A model generated the notes under the pieces. That model saw only the letters and a list, made by a program, of their open reading frames with translations. It was not told the DNA's origin and did no database searches. Position numbers and translations under genes: made by a program. DNA of 64,000 nucleotides from an uncultured bacterium. GTDB taxonomy: Bacteria; Chloroflexota; UBA5177; JANWHV01. The stretch spans positions 160,001 through 224,000 of the forward strand of contig CAWHAE010000020.1 of NCBI GenBank assembly GCA_963827235.1, given 5' to 3'. This document shows, one piece after another, positions 40,459-50,788 of the stretch (positions are counted from its first letter, which is position 1; every line of letters begins with the position of its first letter).

Positions 40459-41892
40459 GTGGCAATCCACGATTCCGGTTTCGCCGGCAGTCTCTTCGAT
40501 GTCACGCCGGCTGCGCCGCCCCGGCTCGATCCCGGTTTCCGCCCGCTCTCGCTTGGCATGCGCCGCTACCACGCCGCCCTGGCCGATCACGGCAGCGCGG
40601 ACCGCGTATCCATCGCCCTCGAGCAGGACGAGCACAATGTCGCCGGCCTCGACCTCGACGTGTTCCCTGCCGGCGCCGGCCGCGATGCCGATAACCTGCG
40701 CTGCGTCACCTACATGCTGAACGGACTGCTCTGGGTGGCCGGAGGCTGGCGCGCCACGCTCGGCGGACCGCGGGCACTCTGCCGGGCGGTGGCCGCGCAG
40801 TATTGTAACGATGGGCCCGGCAAATTCGAGTGCGAGCTGATGGGCCAGGCATTCGCACGACCCCTCGAGGTGATCGCCGCCGGACTGGACGCCGTGCCGA
40901 CTGCGCGCCGCCGGCCGTTCTCGCTCGGCGGCCACCTGGACGGCTGTCGCATCGGCTTCGATCTGGGCGCCAGCGACTACAAGGTGGCCGCCGTGCAGAA
41001 CGGTGAGGTAGTCTTCAGCACCGAGCTCCCCTGGAATCCCAAGGTCGAGGCAGATCCCGAGTACCATTTCCGGCACATCGACGACGGCCTCCGGCTCGCC
41101 GCCTCGCACCTGCCGCGCCTCGATGCCATCGGCGGCTCGTCCGCCGGCATCCTGGTGGACAACCAGGTGATGGTGGCCTCTCTGTTCCGCGCCGTGCCGC
41201 GCACCGCCTTCGACGCCCATGTGCGGCCGATCTTCCTCCGCTTGCGCGAGAAGTGGGGCGTGCCGCTCGACGTGATCAACGACGGCGACGTCACGGCCCT
41301 GGCGGGCGGGCTCTCGCTCGACCAAACCGGCATCCTGGGCATCGCCCTCGGCTCCAGCGAGGCCGTGGGCTTCCTCGACCGCGATGGTCATATCACCGGC
41401 TGGCTGAACGAGCTCGCCTTCGGGCCGGTCGACGCCAATCCGCGCGGTGGCACGGACGATTGGTCGGGCAACCCGGGCGTGGGCGCCGCCTATTTCTCCC
41501 AGCAGGCAGTGGGCAGGTTGGCAGCCGCTGCCGGCATGACCTTCCCGGACGGCATGCCGCTCGCCGACCGGCTCAAGGTCGTGCAGGATCGCATGGCCGG
41601 CGGCGACGCCGGGGCACGTGACATCTTCGAGACTATCGGCGTCTACCTCGGATACACCATCCCCTGGTACGACCGCTTCTACGACCTGCGGCACGCCATG
41701 ATCCTGGGCCGCGTCACGTCCGGCGCCGGCGGCGATCTCATCCTGTCTAGTGCGCGGCGCATCCTGGATGCCGAGTTCCCCGACCTCGCGCGGCGCATCT
41801 CGATCTTTCTTCCCGACGAGAAGAGTCGCCGGGTCGGCCAGGCCGTGGCCGCGGCCAGCCTGCCTGCGACCAATAAAGGAGTAGAACGGTGA
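40459..41892 (+). CDS. Long ROK-family protein (sugar kinase-like) with N-terminal extension
   Basis: IGFDLGASD, VINDGDVTAL, IALGSSEAVG, GWLNELAF; GGAGG RBS before GTG. Confidence 0.85.
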   Translation: MAIHDSGFAGSLFDVTPAAPPRLDPGFRPLSLGMRRYHAALADHGSADRVSIALEQDEHNVAGLDLDVFPAGAGRDADNLRCVTYMLNGLLWVAGGWRATLGGPRALCRAVAAQYCNDGPGKFECELMGQAFARPLEVIAAGLDAVPTARRRPFSLGGHLDGCRIGFDLGASDYKVAAVQNGEVVFSTELPWNPKVEADPEYHFRHIDDGLRLAASHLPRLDAIGGSSAGILVDNQVMVASLFRAVPRTAFDAHVRPIFLRLREKWGVPLDVINDGDVTALAGGLSLDQTGILGIALGSSEAVGFLDRDGHITGWLNELAFGPVDANPRGGTDDWSGNPGVGAAYFSQQAVGRLAAAAGMTFPDGMPLADRLKVVQDRMAGGDAGARDIFETIGVYLGYTIPWYDRFYDLRHAMILGRVTSGAGGDLILSSARRILDAEFPDLARRISIFLPDEKSRRVGQAVAAASLPATNKGVER

Positions 41893-42752
41893 GCCATCCC
41901 TATCGTGAGTTCGTCGACGAAGCATCGCGCCTGCTGGACCGGGCGCGCGCCCTGCCGCTCGGCGGCTTTGAGGCGGCCGCCCGTCCAGCGCTGGCCGCCG
42001 CGGCGCCCACTGTGCTTATCTTCGCACCGCATCCCGACGACGAATGCATCACCGGTGCCCTGCCGCTGCGCCTGCGCCGCGAGCTCGCCTATCGCGTGGC
42101 AGTAGTCGCCGTCACCCAGGGCAGCAAGGCGGCGCGCCAGGCGCCGCGCCTGTTGGAGCTGCGCGGCGCGCTTGGCTTCCTGGGCTTCGACCTGATCACC
42201 ACGCGCGAAGGCGGGCTGACTGGCATCAATCTCAAGTCGCGCGCCGCCGGCCCAGACGCCTGGGCCGAGGCGGTGGCGATCGTTGTCCGCATCATACGCG
42301 AACAGCGTCCGTTGGCCATCTTCGTGCCCCACGACGGGGACAGCAACCCGACACACATCGGCACGCATTACCTGGTGGCCGATGCCCTCGGTCGCCTGGG
42401 CGGCGAATTCGGCGGTTTGGTGGTGGAGTCGGAGTTCTGGGGCGCCATGGCCGACCCCAACCTCATGGTGCAGTCCAGCTCCGCGGACGTCGGTGATCTC
42501 GTGGCCGCGATAAGCTTCCACGTCGGTGAGGTGGAGCGCAATCCCTACCACGTGCTGCTGCCCTCCTGGATGTCGGACAATGTTCGCCGGGGAGGCGAGC
42601 TGACCGGGGGCTTCGGGGGCTCGGTGCCCGACTTCAACTTCGCCACGCTCTACCGCCTGCGCCGCTGGAACGGCCGCGATCTCGAGCCCGTGCTGAGCGA
42701 GAGCCTGCGCGTTCCCATGGACGGCAGCCTGGCCACGGTATTCGGCGCCTGA
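41889..42752 (+). CDS. PIG-L/LmbE-family N-acetyl-sugar deacetylase
   Basis: IFAPHPDDE metal motif; NPTH in place of HPDH; GTGA-type overlap with the ROK gene. Confidence 0.88.
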   Translation: MSHPYREFVDEASRLLDRARALPLGGFEAAARPALAAAAPTVLIFAPHPDDECITGALPLRLRRELAYRVAVVAVTQGSKAARQAPRLLELRGALGFLGFDLITTREGGLTGINLKSRAAGPDAWAEAVAIVVRIIREQRPLAIFVPHDGDSNPTHIGTHYLVADALGRLGGEFGGLVVESEFWGAMADPNLMVQSSSADVGDLVAAISFHVGEVERNPYHVLLPSWMSDNVRRGGELTGGFGGSVPDFNFATLYRLRRWNGRDLEPVLSESLRVPMDGSLATVFGA

Positions 42753-42860
42753 ACCGCGGGCACGGCCGAGGTCTCCGGTTCGCGACAGGTCGATCGCCTT
42801 AGCGTGCCTCGCATGGGGCCCCGGCACGGTATCCACGCGTCCTTGCCGGCAGACTCCGGG

Positions 42861-44717
42861 CTAGCCCGCCCTGGCCCATTCTGTCACGGCCCGGGTGACC
42901 CCTGTGGCACCCCTGCATTCCACGGCGAGCACCTGGCCTGCCAGGGCGCCGCGCGTGGAGAGGTTGCTCACGATCGTGCTCATGTCGTGCCCCATGTAGG
43001 TGACCACCAGCACGATCAGGTCGCTCAGCCGGACGCGATCGAGGATGTCTCGCTCGTTGACGCGGCCGCTCGTGGCGGGCGCCACGTCGTCCACGCGGGC
43101 GCCCCAGCGCTGGAGCTGCTCGCGTACTCGAAGGCGCGTGCTGTTGTGCCCTCCCACGATGGCGATGCGCTTGCCCGCCAGGGTGAATTGCTGCGCGGAG
43201 TCGCCTGCCCCGGAGACCCGGTCGGCTTGCCGGGCGGCGAGCATCTGCCGGTAGCGGGCACAGAGTATGTTTCGCCGGTCGAGGTCATAGAGCGAGCGGT
43301 ACAGCTCGCGTGATTGCGCCGGCATCGGTCCGTCGCCTGGTTCGTCTTCGTCCAGCGCCGTTCTCAGCATGTCCTCGTAGCTGGCGATCAGCGGTCGCCG
43401 CAGCAGCTCGGGATAATCGCCCAGGTTGTCCGTAATGGCATCCAGGATGTCGAATCGCTGGCCGGTGGTCAGCAGGCAGCGGCGATGGTCGCTCGCCGCC
43501 TCCTCCATCAAAGAGACCAGGCACCGGCCCTCGCGGCGCTGCAGGTGATTGTCCGCTACGAGCTGGTACACGCGCAGCAGGCGCTCCGGGTCCTCGATCC
43601 GGCGGGCTAGCTCAATTCCGGAAAGCACGAGCTGGTGCGGGCCATCGGCCGCGCGCTCCTCGTCGGTGGCACGGTCGCAGTAGGCGAACAGGCAATCGAG
43701 CACGCGCTCGCCGGGCACGTCGTCGTAGGCGCCCAGCCTGGCCAGCTCCACCATGGCCGCGAAGTCCGCCGCGTCGTACTCCGCGCGGGCGATGTCGGCC
43801 GGCGCACGCTCCAGTGCCAGGCGGTAGGGGGCGGCCGCGTCTCCGTACTGCCCTCGCCGCCAGTACATGCGGGCAAGGGCGAGCGCGGCGGGCACGGTGC
43901 GTGCTTCCGCCGCCTGCCAGCAGTACTCGAGATGCCCGAGCGCCCCGTCGTAGTCGCCGCGCGCCGCCTGCGCCACGCCCAGCAGGCCGCGCAGAGCCGG
44001 CGATGTCTCGTCCACGGCGACCTGCGCGATCACCTCGTCGTGCTTCTCGAGCGCCGACAGGACGTGCAAGCGGCCGGCGCGCGCCCGGCGGGCGGTCGCG
44101 GGCAGCGGCCCCTTTTCCAGCAGACCATAGACGTCGAGACACTCCTCGTACGATCCCAGCTCGGCCAGCGTCTCGGCATGGAGCAAACCGGCCTCGAACG
44201 TTGCCGGATCGGCGGCATCGAACAGCCGTTCGAGCAGCGTCCGGCGCTCATCCGGCGGCAGACGGCGGGCATCGGCGAGTAGGGTCGAGACGCCGCCCGC
44301 TGGTGCCGGCGCGGCGTGAGCCCTCTCGTCGTCGTTGGCCGCGGCGACGGCGTTGGTCGCCGCCGCGCCTTCCGTCCCGGCACCGGCCGGTGCCTTCACC
44401 GGTGCGCTCTCCGCGATCGGCGATGAAGCCGGCCGAGCAGGCGGCTCGGTTGCGCGGGCAGCCGGCGAGCCCAGTCCGATCAAGATCTGCATCTCGATCC
44501 CCGGCCACTTTCCCCTCAGGCCGCCGGGCGTGTCCAGCACGGCACAGCCGAAGGTGTAGGTCTGGCCGATCAGGGGAATCGGGGCATGCCGCCTGCCCGG
44601 ATAGAGGCGGTCGAGGGCCTCGCACAGGGTACGAGCCTGATCCGCCGTACAGCGTACTCGCACCAGGGCGCCGCGGCCCCCACCCGGAGCCGCCTCGATG
44701 GCGTGGTCGATGGTCAT
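42861..44717 (-). CDS. TPR-like helical protein with C-terminal DUF2325-like domain
   Basis: TPR-like helices (LGVAQAARGDYDGAL, LARMYWRRGQYGDAA); C-terminal KRIAIVGG...DLIVLVVTYMGH motif. Confidence 0.72.
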   Translation of the reverse strand: MTIDHAIEAAPGGGRGALVRVRCTADQARTLCEALDRLYPGRRHAPIPLIGQTYTFGCAVLDTPGGLRGKWPGIEMQILIGLGSPAARATEPPARPASSPIAESAPVKAPAGAGTEGAAATNAVAAANDDERAHAAPAPAGGVSTLLADARRLPPDERRTLLERLFDAADPATFEAGLLHAETLAELGSYEECLDVYGLLEKGPLPATARRARAGRLHVLSALEKHDEVIAQVAVDETSPALRGLLGVAQAARGDYDGALGHLEYCWQAAEARTVPAALALARMYWRRGQYGDAAAPYRLALERAPADIARAEYDAADFAAMVELARLGAYDDVPGERVLDCLFAYCDRATDEERAADGPHQLVLSGIELARRIEDPERLLRVYQLVADNHLQRREGRCLVSLMEEAASDHRRCLLTTGQRFDILDAITDNLGDYPELLRRPLIASYEDMLRTALDEDEPGDGPMPAQSRELYRSLYDLDRRNILCARYRQMLAARQADRVSGAGDSAQQFTLAGKRIAIVGGHNSTRLRVREQLQRWGARVDDVAPATSGRVNERDILDRVRLSDLIVLVVTYMGHDMSTIVSNLSTRGALAGQVLAVECRGATGVTRAVTEWARAG

Positions 44718-44872
44718 CGTGTTTCCGCTTCAATCGCCAGCGCGCTCGACGCAACCTGCGGTCGCGCGGCGTGGACGAGTCTCCCCAAGACACGACCACC
44801 GGCAAGAAGATACACGGCCACCCATCCTGACCGCGCACTTCCCCCGCGATCCGGGCAGGCCGCGACGAGACC

Positions 44873-44947
44873 TGGAGGCGACGGTCGGAATCGAACCGAC
44901 GATAGGGGTTTTGCAGACCCCCGCCTTAACCACTTGGCGACGTCGCC
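44873..44947 (-). tRNA. tRNA-Cys(GCA)
   Basis: GGCGACG/CGTCGCC stem, loop CTGCAAA, GTTCGATTC, CCA. Promoter TTGACC-17-TATCAT at 44988-44960. Confidence 0.96.
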
Positions 44948-45034
44948 CAATACACCGTCATGATAGCGAAGGGCCTGCTGCCGGTCAAACTGCAGGCGAG
45001 CCACGTGCAGTTTCCTCGCCGACCCGGTGCCGGG

Positions 45035-46483
45035 CTACGCGCCCGGCCAGGTCAGTGTTTCCGTGGCGGCCGCCGCGAGCTGCAGGCGAATGGTCATGCC
45101 TCGCCAGCACACCGCGAAGGCCTGGCTCGCTCGGGAACGGTTGTAGACTACCAGTACCAGCGACCGATCGGGATTCCTGAACGCCACGTCTTCCAGTCCC
45201 GAGGCAAAGGAGGTGGAAGCGATGCGATAGGCCCCTGGGGCGACGAACTTGCTGAACTGCCCGATCTGGTAGTAGTAGCGCGTGAAAGAGTAGGTGCCCG
45301 CCGCCTGATCGACTGTCGCCAGGCCGATACAGCCCAGGCAGTTGATGTTCCTCGGCAGCGGGCCGCCGGACTTGTCCAGTGCGATGTTCCACATCACGCC
45401 GGAGCGCGACCAGTTGCGCGCCGCGTTGATGAACAGGTCGGCAGGGTTTGCCGCGGACGACTCCGTCTCGTACGTGTCCTTGGCCGGAAAGAGCCCGTGC
45501 ACCACGGTCATGGCGCTCGACGACCCGTAATATGTATGCCACGCAGTGCCGGCCAGGTACGTCTCCGCGGCCGCGTTGCTCAGCAGCGTCTCGGGATAAC
45601 CGGGCTCGCTCCAGTTGTGGTCGAAGCCCAGGATCTTGGGGTGCAGGCCGGCGGCGGCTAGGGCAGGGCCCAGGTCTTGGGCGATGAAGCGAGCCTCGTC
45701 CGCGGCCGGCCAGTACATGCTCGGGTACGCGGTCTGCGCCAGCGGCTCGTTCTGCGGCTGCACGGCATAGATCGCCAGGCCTTCCGCTTGGTAGGCCTGC
45801 AGGAACTTCACGAAGTAGGCGGCCAGGGCATCGTAATACTGCGGCAGCAGGGTCCCGCCGCCGACCAGACTGTCGTTGCTCTTCATCCAGGCTGGCGGGC
45901 TCCACGGGTTCGCGTTGAGCTTGATCGCCGGGTTGATGCGCAGTGCCTGCTGCAAGAGCGGAACGATGTAAGACAGGTCGTGCTCGATCGAGAAGCCGGC
46001 GAGCTGCGGATCGGCGGCGCCGTCGTCGTAGGAGTAGTAGTGGTCGTGCGTGTAGTCGGAGGAGCCCATTGGGATTCGCACCCAGTCGATCCCGATGCCG
46101 TTCGCGCGGCTGAACAGGGCCTGCATCAGGCGTGCGCGCGTCGCGTCGCTCAGCTTGGCGGCGATCAGCCAAGCCGAGGTATCGGTCAAGGCGGCGCCAA
46201 AACCGTCCATCTGCTGATAGGTGGTGCCGTCGTCTATCGCGATTGCCGGTCCGCTCGCCGCGGTTCCCGGCGCGAAGCGAGCATCCGGTTGGGGGCCAAG
46301 CGCGGTCGAGAGGTCGGCGGTGGTGAGCCAGGCGCGCACCACCGCCGTGCCTCCGGCTGCCCCTGCGGGGTAAGCACCCAGCACGAAGATCAGCAGCAGT
46401 GCTGAGCAACAGCGCGCCACGGTTGCGTGTTCTGGCACGCGGAAGGCAGGTGCCCGACGGCGCCCCGGCCGATGGTGAATCAC
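45035..46483 (-). CDS. Secreted GH30 glycoside hydrolase; start uncertain
   Basis: YQQMDGFGAALTD, RIPMGSSD, PWSPPAWMK, QNEP (acid/base), YETE (nucleophile), SKFVAPGA, AFRNPD. Confidence 0.92.
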   Translation of the reverse strand: MIHHRPGRRRAPAFRVPEHATVARCCSALLLIFVLGAYPAGAAGGTAVVRAWLTTADLSTALGPQPDARFAPGTAASGPAIAIDDGTTYQQMDGFGAALTDTSAWLIAAKLSDATRARLMQALFSRANGIGIDWVRIPMGSSDYTHDHYYSYDDGAADPQLAGFSIEHDLSYIVPLLQQALRINPAIKLNANPWSPPAWMKSNDSLVGGGTLLPQYYDALAAYFVKFLQAYQAEGLAIYAVQPQNEPLAQTAYPSMYWPAADEARFIAQDLGPALAAAGLHPKILGFDHNWSEPGYPETLLSNAAAETYLAGTAWHTYYGSSSAMTVVHGLFPAKDTYETESSAANPADLFINAARNWSRSGVMWNIALDKSGGPLPRNINCLGCIGLATVDQAAGTYSFTRYYYQIGQFSKFVAPGAYRIASTSFASGLEDVAFRNPDRSLVLVVYNRSRASQAFAVCWRGMTIRLQLAAAATETLTWPGA

Positions 46484-46689
46484 CGTTAGGCTCCCACGAC
46501 CTCAGCGAACGACTCGTGGCTTCCAGCCTACCAGACACGACCGTTTCCTGCCAGGCACCTTCCGCCGCCGCGCGGATCTGTCTGCCACGAACGCGCCGGG
46601 CAACACCTCCTTCCTGCCCGTGCGCTGAGCGAGGTTGAGTGGAGCGGCACTGCGTCGCACAGCCTGCTCTTTGCGCCCGCCCGTTCGGG

Positions 46690-47820
46690 CTAGTCGGCCT
46701 GGCCCGAGGTGGGAGCGGCGTTCTGGCCCTCCTGCGCCGGTGCGCCGCCCGACGGTCGGATCGGAAGCCCTCCAATGCGTGTCAGTGGAACTGCGACCAG
46801 CTGCAGGAGGACGACGCCGACCAGCACGCAGCCGCGCCAGACCTGCTGCCAATCCTGCCCGACGCCCTTGAGATCCAGGATGTTGGGCAGAATGCCGACC
46901 ACTAGCAGTCCCACCACCGTGCCGCGCATGGTGCCCGAGCCGCCGCTCAGCAACGTTCCGCCCACCACCACGGCGGTGATGGCGATAAACTCGTACCCCT
47001 GTCCCGCCGTGGGCGGCGCCGACGACAGGCGGGAGGCGAACACCACGCCGGCCACGCCCGCCAGGGCGCCGGTAAGCGCGTAGAGCATCACCTTGACGCG
47101 CCGCACGCGCACGCCGAGCAGCAGCGCCGCCGCTTCGTTGCCGCCGATCGCGTAGACGTGACGGCCGAACCTGGTGTAGCGGAGCACGTAGGCTACGGCC
47201 AGCACGACGGCGAGCAGCACGTAGACCGTCAGCGGCAGGCCGAAGAGTTGCGTCTTCTCCAACTGAAGGATCCGGTTGCCCGGTTCCACAGCGATCGCGG
47301 TGGCATTTTCGTTTCCGGAGAAGATGTTGGCGAACTGCTGCGTCAGCCCGCGCACGATATAGAGCATAGCCAGGGTGACGATGAACGGTGGTACGGTCGT
47401 GAAGGCGATCACGGTGCCGCTGCATGCACCCAGGGCGCCGCAGGCGATCACGGGCACGATCATCGCGGCCAGCAACCCGTGGTTCGACTGCGAGGCGCAG
47501 AAGAAGGCGCCCAGGGCTAGCATGGATCCCATCGAAAGGTCGATGCCGCCGGTCAGTATGGCCAGCATCTGGGCCACGGCGAGGATGCCGTAAGCCGGAA
47601 GCTGGTCGGCCAGGTTTTGCATGTTGCCCCGCGTCATGAAGCCGGAGGAGGCCACCATGCAGGCGATCAGCAGCACGACCAGCAGGACGGTCCCGATCTC
47701 GCGGCTCAGCAGCGCGAGCACGTGATTGCGCGCGTAGAGTGCCGGCGCCAATCCCGTGCCGTCCGGCGGCTCGCTTCGTCGCCGCCCGCTGCCCGACGAG
47801 GCGGGTTGTGAGTCCATCAT
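46690..47820 (-). CDS. Monosaccharide ABC permease (YjfF/RbsC-like)
   Basis: LTGGIDLSMG, FGRHVYAIGGNEAAA, AVVVGGTLLSGG. Confidence 0.92.
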   Translation of the reverse strand: MMDSQPASSGSGRRRSEPPDGTGLAPALYARNHVLALLSREIGTVLLVVLLIACMVASSGFMTRGNMQNLADQLPAYGILAVAQMLAILTGGIDLSMGSMLALGAFFCASQSNHGLLAAMIVPVIACGALGACSGTVIAFTTVPPFIVTLAMLYIVRGLTQQFANIFSGNENATAIAVEPGNRILQLEKTQLFGLPLTVYVLLAVVLAVAYVLRYTRFGRHVYAIGGNEAAALLLGVRVRRVKVMLYALTGALAGVAGVVFASRLSSAPPTAGQGYEFIAITAVVVGGTLLSGGSGTMRGTVVGLLVVGILPNILDLKGVGQDWQQVWRGCVLVGVVLLQLVAVPLTRIGGLPIRPSGGAPAQEGQNAAPTSGQAD

Positions 47821-47832
47821 CCACTCCTTGTT

Positions 47833-48879
47833 CTACGCGGTGCCGCCGCCCTGCAGAATCACGGCTCCCAGGAGCACCAATCCCTGCGCGATGAGCTGGA
47901 AGTTGGTCGGCATGCCGGCCAGCACCATGTCCGCGAACAGCACGGTCAGGATCAGGCCGCCCACCAGAGTGCGCCAGACGCTTCCGATGCCGCCCCAGAG
48001 GGCGCTGCCGCCGACCACTACGGCGGTGATCGTGCTGAGTTCCCACTGGAAGCCGTCGTTGAACGGGTCGCTGCTGGAGTTGTACGAGGCAAGGAGCACA
48101 CCGGCCAGTCCGGCGAGCAGGCCGCTGATCGCATAGACCACGGTCTTGACGCGCTCGGGCGAGACACCCGAGAGTCGTGCCGCTCGCTCGTTGCCGCCCA
48201 CGGCGAACACCCCGCGTCCCAGCACAGTGCGGGCCAGGAACAGGGCGGCCAGCGCGTAGACTGCCAGGACGATGATCACCGAGATCGGGATGGACCCGAT
48301 GTACGGCAGATCGCTGCCGATTTGCTTCACCGCGATGTTGACGAAGTCCCCGTACTTGGGATCCGTGCCCAGGTCCACCGGCCCGTCGCTGGCAAACAGC
48401 TCGGCCAGGCCGCGGATGGCAATCATCATGGCAAGCGTCACCACGATAGGCTGGACCTTGGCCCGGGCGATGATCGTTCCCGAGAGCAGTCCCACGAGGG
48501 TGGTGACCACGATTGGCGCCACGATGGCTACCGGGATCGAATGACCCGTGGTCAGCAGCGTGCCGCAGAGCGCCGAGCTCATGCCGAGCTGCGATCCCAC
48601 CGAGAGGTCGATCCCTGCCGTGAGGATTACCAGGGTCTGGCCGCAGGCGATCAGGGCCCATGAGAGGCAGAAGTTCTGCAGAAGAGGCCGGATGTTGCTG
48701 CCGAGCAGGAAGTTCGAGCTGTAGAGTTGGCCGACGACGACCAGGATGACGAGCGCAGCGATGGCCCCGTAGCGCCGCGCCAGGGCGAAGAGGCGATAGC
48801 GGAGTAGATCGCTCGAGGACGCGGCAGCTACCGCCGGTCCCCTGCCGAGCCGGCTGCCGATCGGAGCAGGGCTCGTCAT
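47833..48879 (-). CDS. Monosaccharide ABC permease (YtfT/RbsC-like)
   Basis: LTAGIDLSVG, AVGGNERAARLSG, AVVVGGS. Confidence 0.92.
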   Translation of the reverse strand: MTSPAPIGSRLGRGPAVAAASSSDLLRYRLFALARRYGAIAALVILVVVGQLYSSNFLLGSNIRPLLQNFCLSWALIACGQTLVILTAGIDLSVGSQLGMSSALCGTLLTTGHSIPVAIVAPIVVTTLVGLLSGTIIARAKVQPIVVTLAMMIAIRGLAELFASDGPVDLGTDPKYGDFVNIAVKQIGSDLPYIGSIPISVIIVLAVYALAALFLARTVLGRGVFAVGGNERAARLSGVSPERVKTVVYAISGLLAGLAGVLLASYNSSSDPFNDGFQWELSTITAVVVGGSALWGGIGSVWRTLVGGLILTVLFADMVLAGMPTNFQLIAQGLVLLGAVILQGGGTA

Positions 48880-48917
48880 GTCACTGCACTCCAGTCACTC
48901 AACGGGCGAAACATCCG

Positions 48918-50435
48918 TCATCCCTCCGAAATGGCCTGCAGGACGCGGTCCTCGCTCGCCTCGTGATGGGCGAGCTCGCCCAGCTTGCGGCCGTCCTTCA
49001 TGATTGCGACGCGATCGCTGCCCTCGACCACCTCCTCCAGCTCCGAGGAGATCATCATGATGCCCATGCCTTGCTCGCGGGCAAGCTCCTGGATCAGGCG
49101 CTGGATCTCGAGCTTGGCTCCCACGTCGATTCCTCGAGTAGGCTCGTCGAGGATGAGCAGTCGCGGATTGCGACACAGCCAGCGTGCCAGGATCACCTTC
49201 TGCTGGTTGCCGCCTGAAAGATTGCGCACCGGCGTGCTCGCGGAAGGAGTCTTGATGTCCAGCTTGCGAATCATCTCGTCTACGACCCGGCGTTGCCGCG
49301 CCGGATCGAGCACGCCGAGGCGCTGGAACAGCGGCAGGGCCGCCAGCAAGATGTTGTCCTGGACGGATAAGGGTGCGATGATGCCTTCAGTCTTACGGTC
49401 CTCACTCACGAAGCCCAGCCCGGCGCGAACCGCATCCTGCGGGGCGCGAATTCGACGCTGCCTGCCCCCCACCGCGATCGTGCCCGTGTCGGCTTTGTCG
49501 GCGCCGAATACGGCGCGGGCCAGCTCCGTACGTCCGGATCCGAGCAGTCCGGCCAGGCCCAGGATCTCGCCGCGGTTCACGCGCACGGAGACGCCGAGCG
49601 GGGCGCGGCCACGGGTCAGGTTTCGGACCTCCAGTACATTCTCCTGCGAGGCATCGTGCACGGCCTCAGAGAAAGCCGTGAGACCGGACGCCCGCACCTC
49701 CTCCGGTTTGCGGCCAAGCATCATGGCCACGAGCGAGAGGGTGTCGGTTTCCGCCGTGCGAAGCGTAGCCACGAGCTCGCCGTTGCGAAGCACGGTGACC
49801 CGATCGGACAGCGTGAAGATCTCGTCCAGGCGGTGACTGATGTAGATAATGCCGACGTCGTGCGACTTGAGCCTGCCGATGACCTCGAACAGTACCTTGA
49901 CCTCGGCAGTGTCCAGGGACGAAGTCGGCTCGTCCATCACGACCAGTCCCGCCTCCAGTGACACGGCGCGCGCCAGCGCCACCATTTGCTGCAGGGCCAC
50001 GCTGAGCTGCATGACGGGCACGCGCAGGTCGAGGTGCACGCCGAGAGTGCCGAGCAACCGCGCCGACTCTCGCCGCATCCGGCCCCAGTCCACTCGCTTC
50101 GAGCGCGTATGGGGCTCTCGTCCCAAGAAGATGTTCTCGGGCGCGGACATGTAGGGAATGAGGTTCACCTCCTGATAAATCGTGGCGATGCCCGCGGCCT
50201 GGGCTGCTGCCGGCGTGGAGTAGGAAACCTCCTTCCCATCGAGGCTGATGTGCCCGCTGTCCTTGGGGTAGGCACCGGTCAGTATCTTGATCAGCGTGGA
50301 TTTGCCGGCTCCGTTGTGGCCGACGAGCGCGTGTACCTCACCCCGCTGCACGTCGAAGTCGACTCCCGAGAGGGCGCGCACGCCGGGGAAGGACTTGTTG
50401 ATTCCCCTCATCACGAGGAGTGACTGGGAGCTCAT
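48918..50435 (-). CDS. Monosaccharide ABC ATP-binding protein with two NBDs (YtfR/RbsA-like)
   Basis: GHNGAGKST, MDEPT, LSGGNQQK, LDEPTRGIDVGAK. Confidence 0.95.
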   Translation of the reverse strand: MSSQSLLVMRGINKSFPGVRALSGVDFDVQRGEVHALVGHNGAGKSTLIKILTGAYPKDSGHISLDGKEVSYSTPAAAQAAGIATIYQEVNLIPYMSAPENIFLGREPHTRSKRVDWGRMRRESARLLGTLGVHLDLRVPVMQLSVALQQMVALARAVSLEAGLVVMDEPTSSLDTAEVKVLFEVIGRLKSHDVGIIYISHRLDEIFTLSDRVTVLRNGELVATLRTAETDTLSLVAMMLGRKPEEVRASGLTAFSEAVHDASQENVLEVRNLTRGRAPLGVSVRVNRGEILGLAGLLGSGRTELARAVFGADKADTGTIAVGGRQRRIRAPQDAVRAGLGFVSEDRKTEGIIAPLSVQDNILLAALPLFQRLGVLDPARQRRVVDEMIRKLDIKTPSASTPVRNLSGGNQQKVILARWLCRNPRLLILDEPTRGIDVGAKLEIQRLIQELAREQGMGIMMISSELEEVVEGSDRVAIMKDGRKLGELAHHEASEDRVLQAISEG

Positions 50436-50788
50436 CCAATTCTCACAAGCTCAGCCTTGCGACATGTCGAGCCGGCAGTGCCCCACCACGACCACCGGCC
50501 CGACACGTCGCCCGGCAACTGGTTGATGACTGCGCCCGACGACGCATCGGTTGTGTTTCGCACCCCGCCGCTCGCCGGTGCGTCTTCTAGGCTCGGCGCG
50601 ATATGGATGCCTCCGTGCTTCAGCCCGGGGATCCTGCTCGCTTCGCCCACATGCGGGATGCTTTCCCTCTTCACTGCCCAGGAAGGCGCGGGGAAGACTT
50701 GCCGTTCCCAGCCGGCCGGCCGCTGCCTGCCGACATGCGTCCATGAGAGCCGGTCACGAACAGGCCAGGCACGTAGGAAGCCGCGTGC

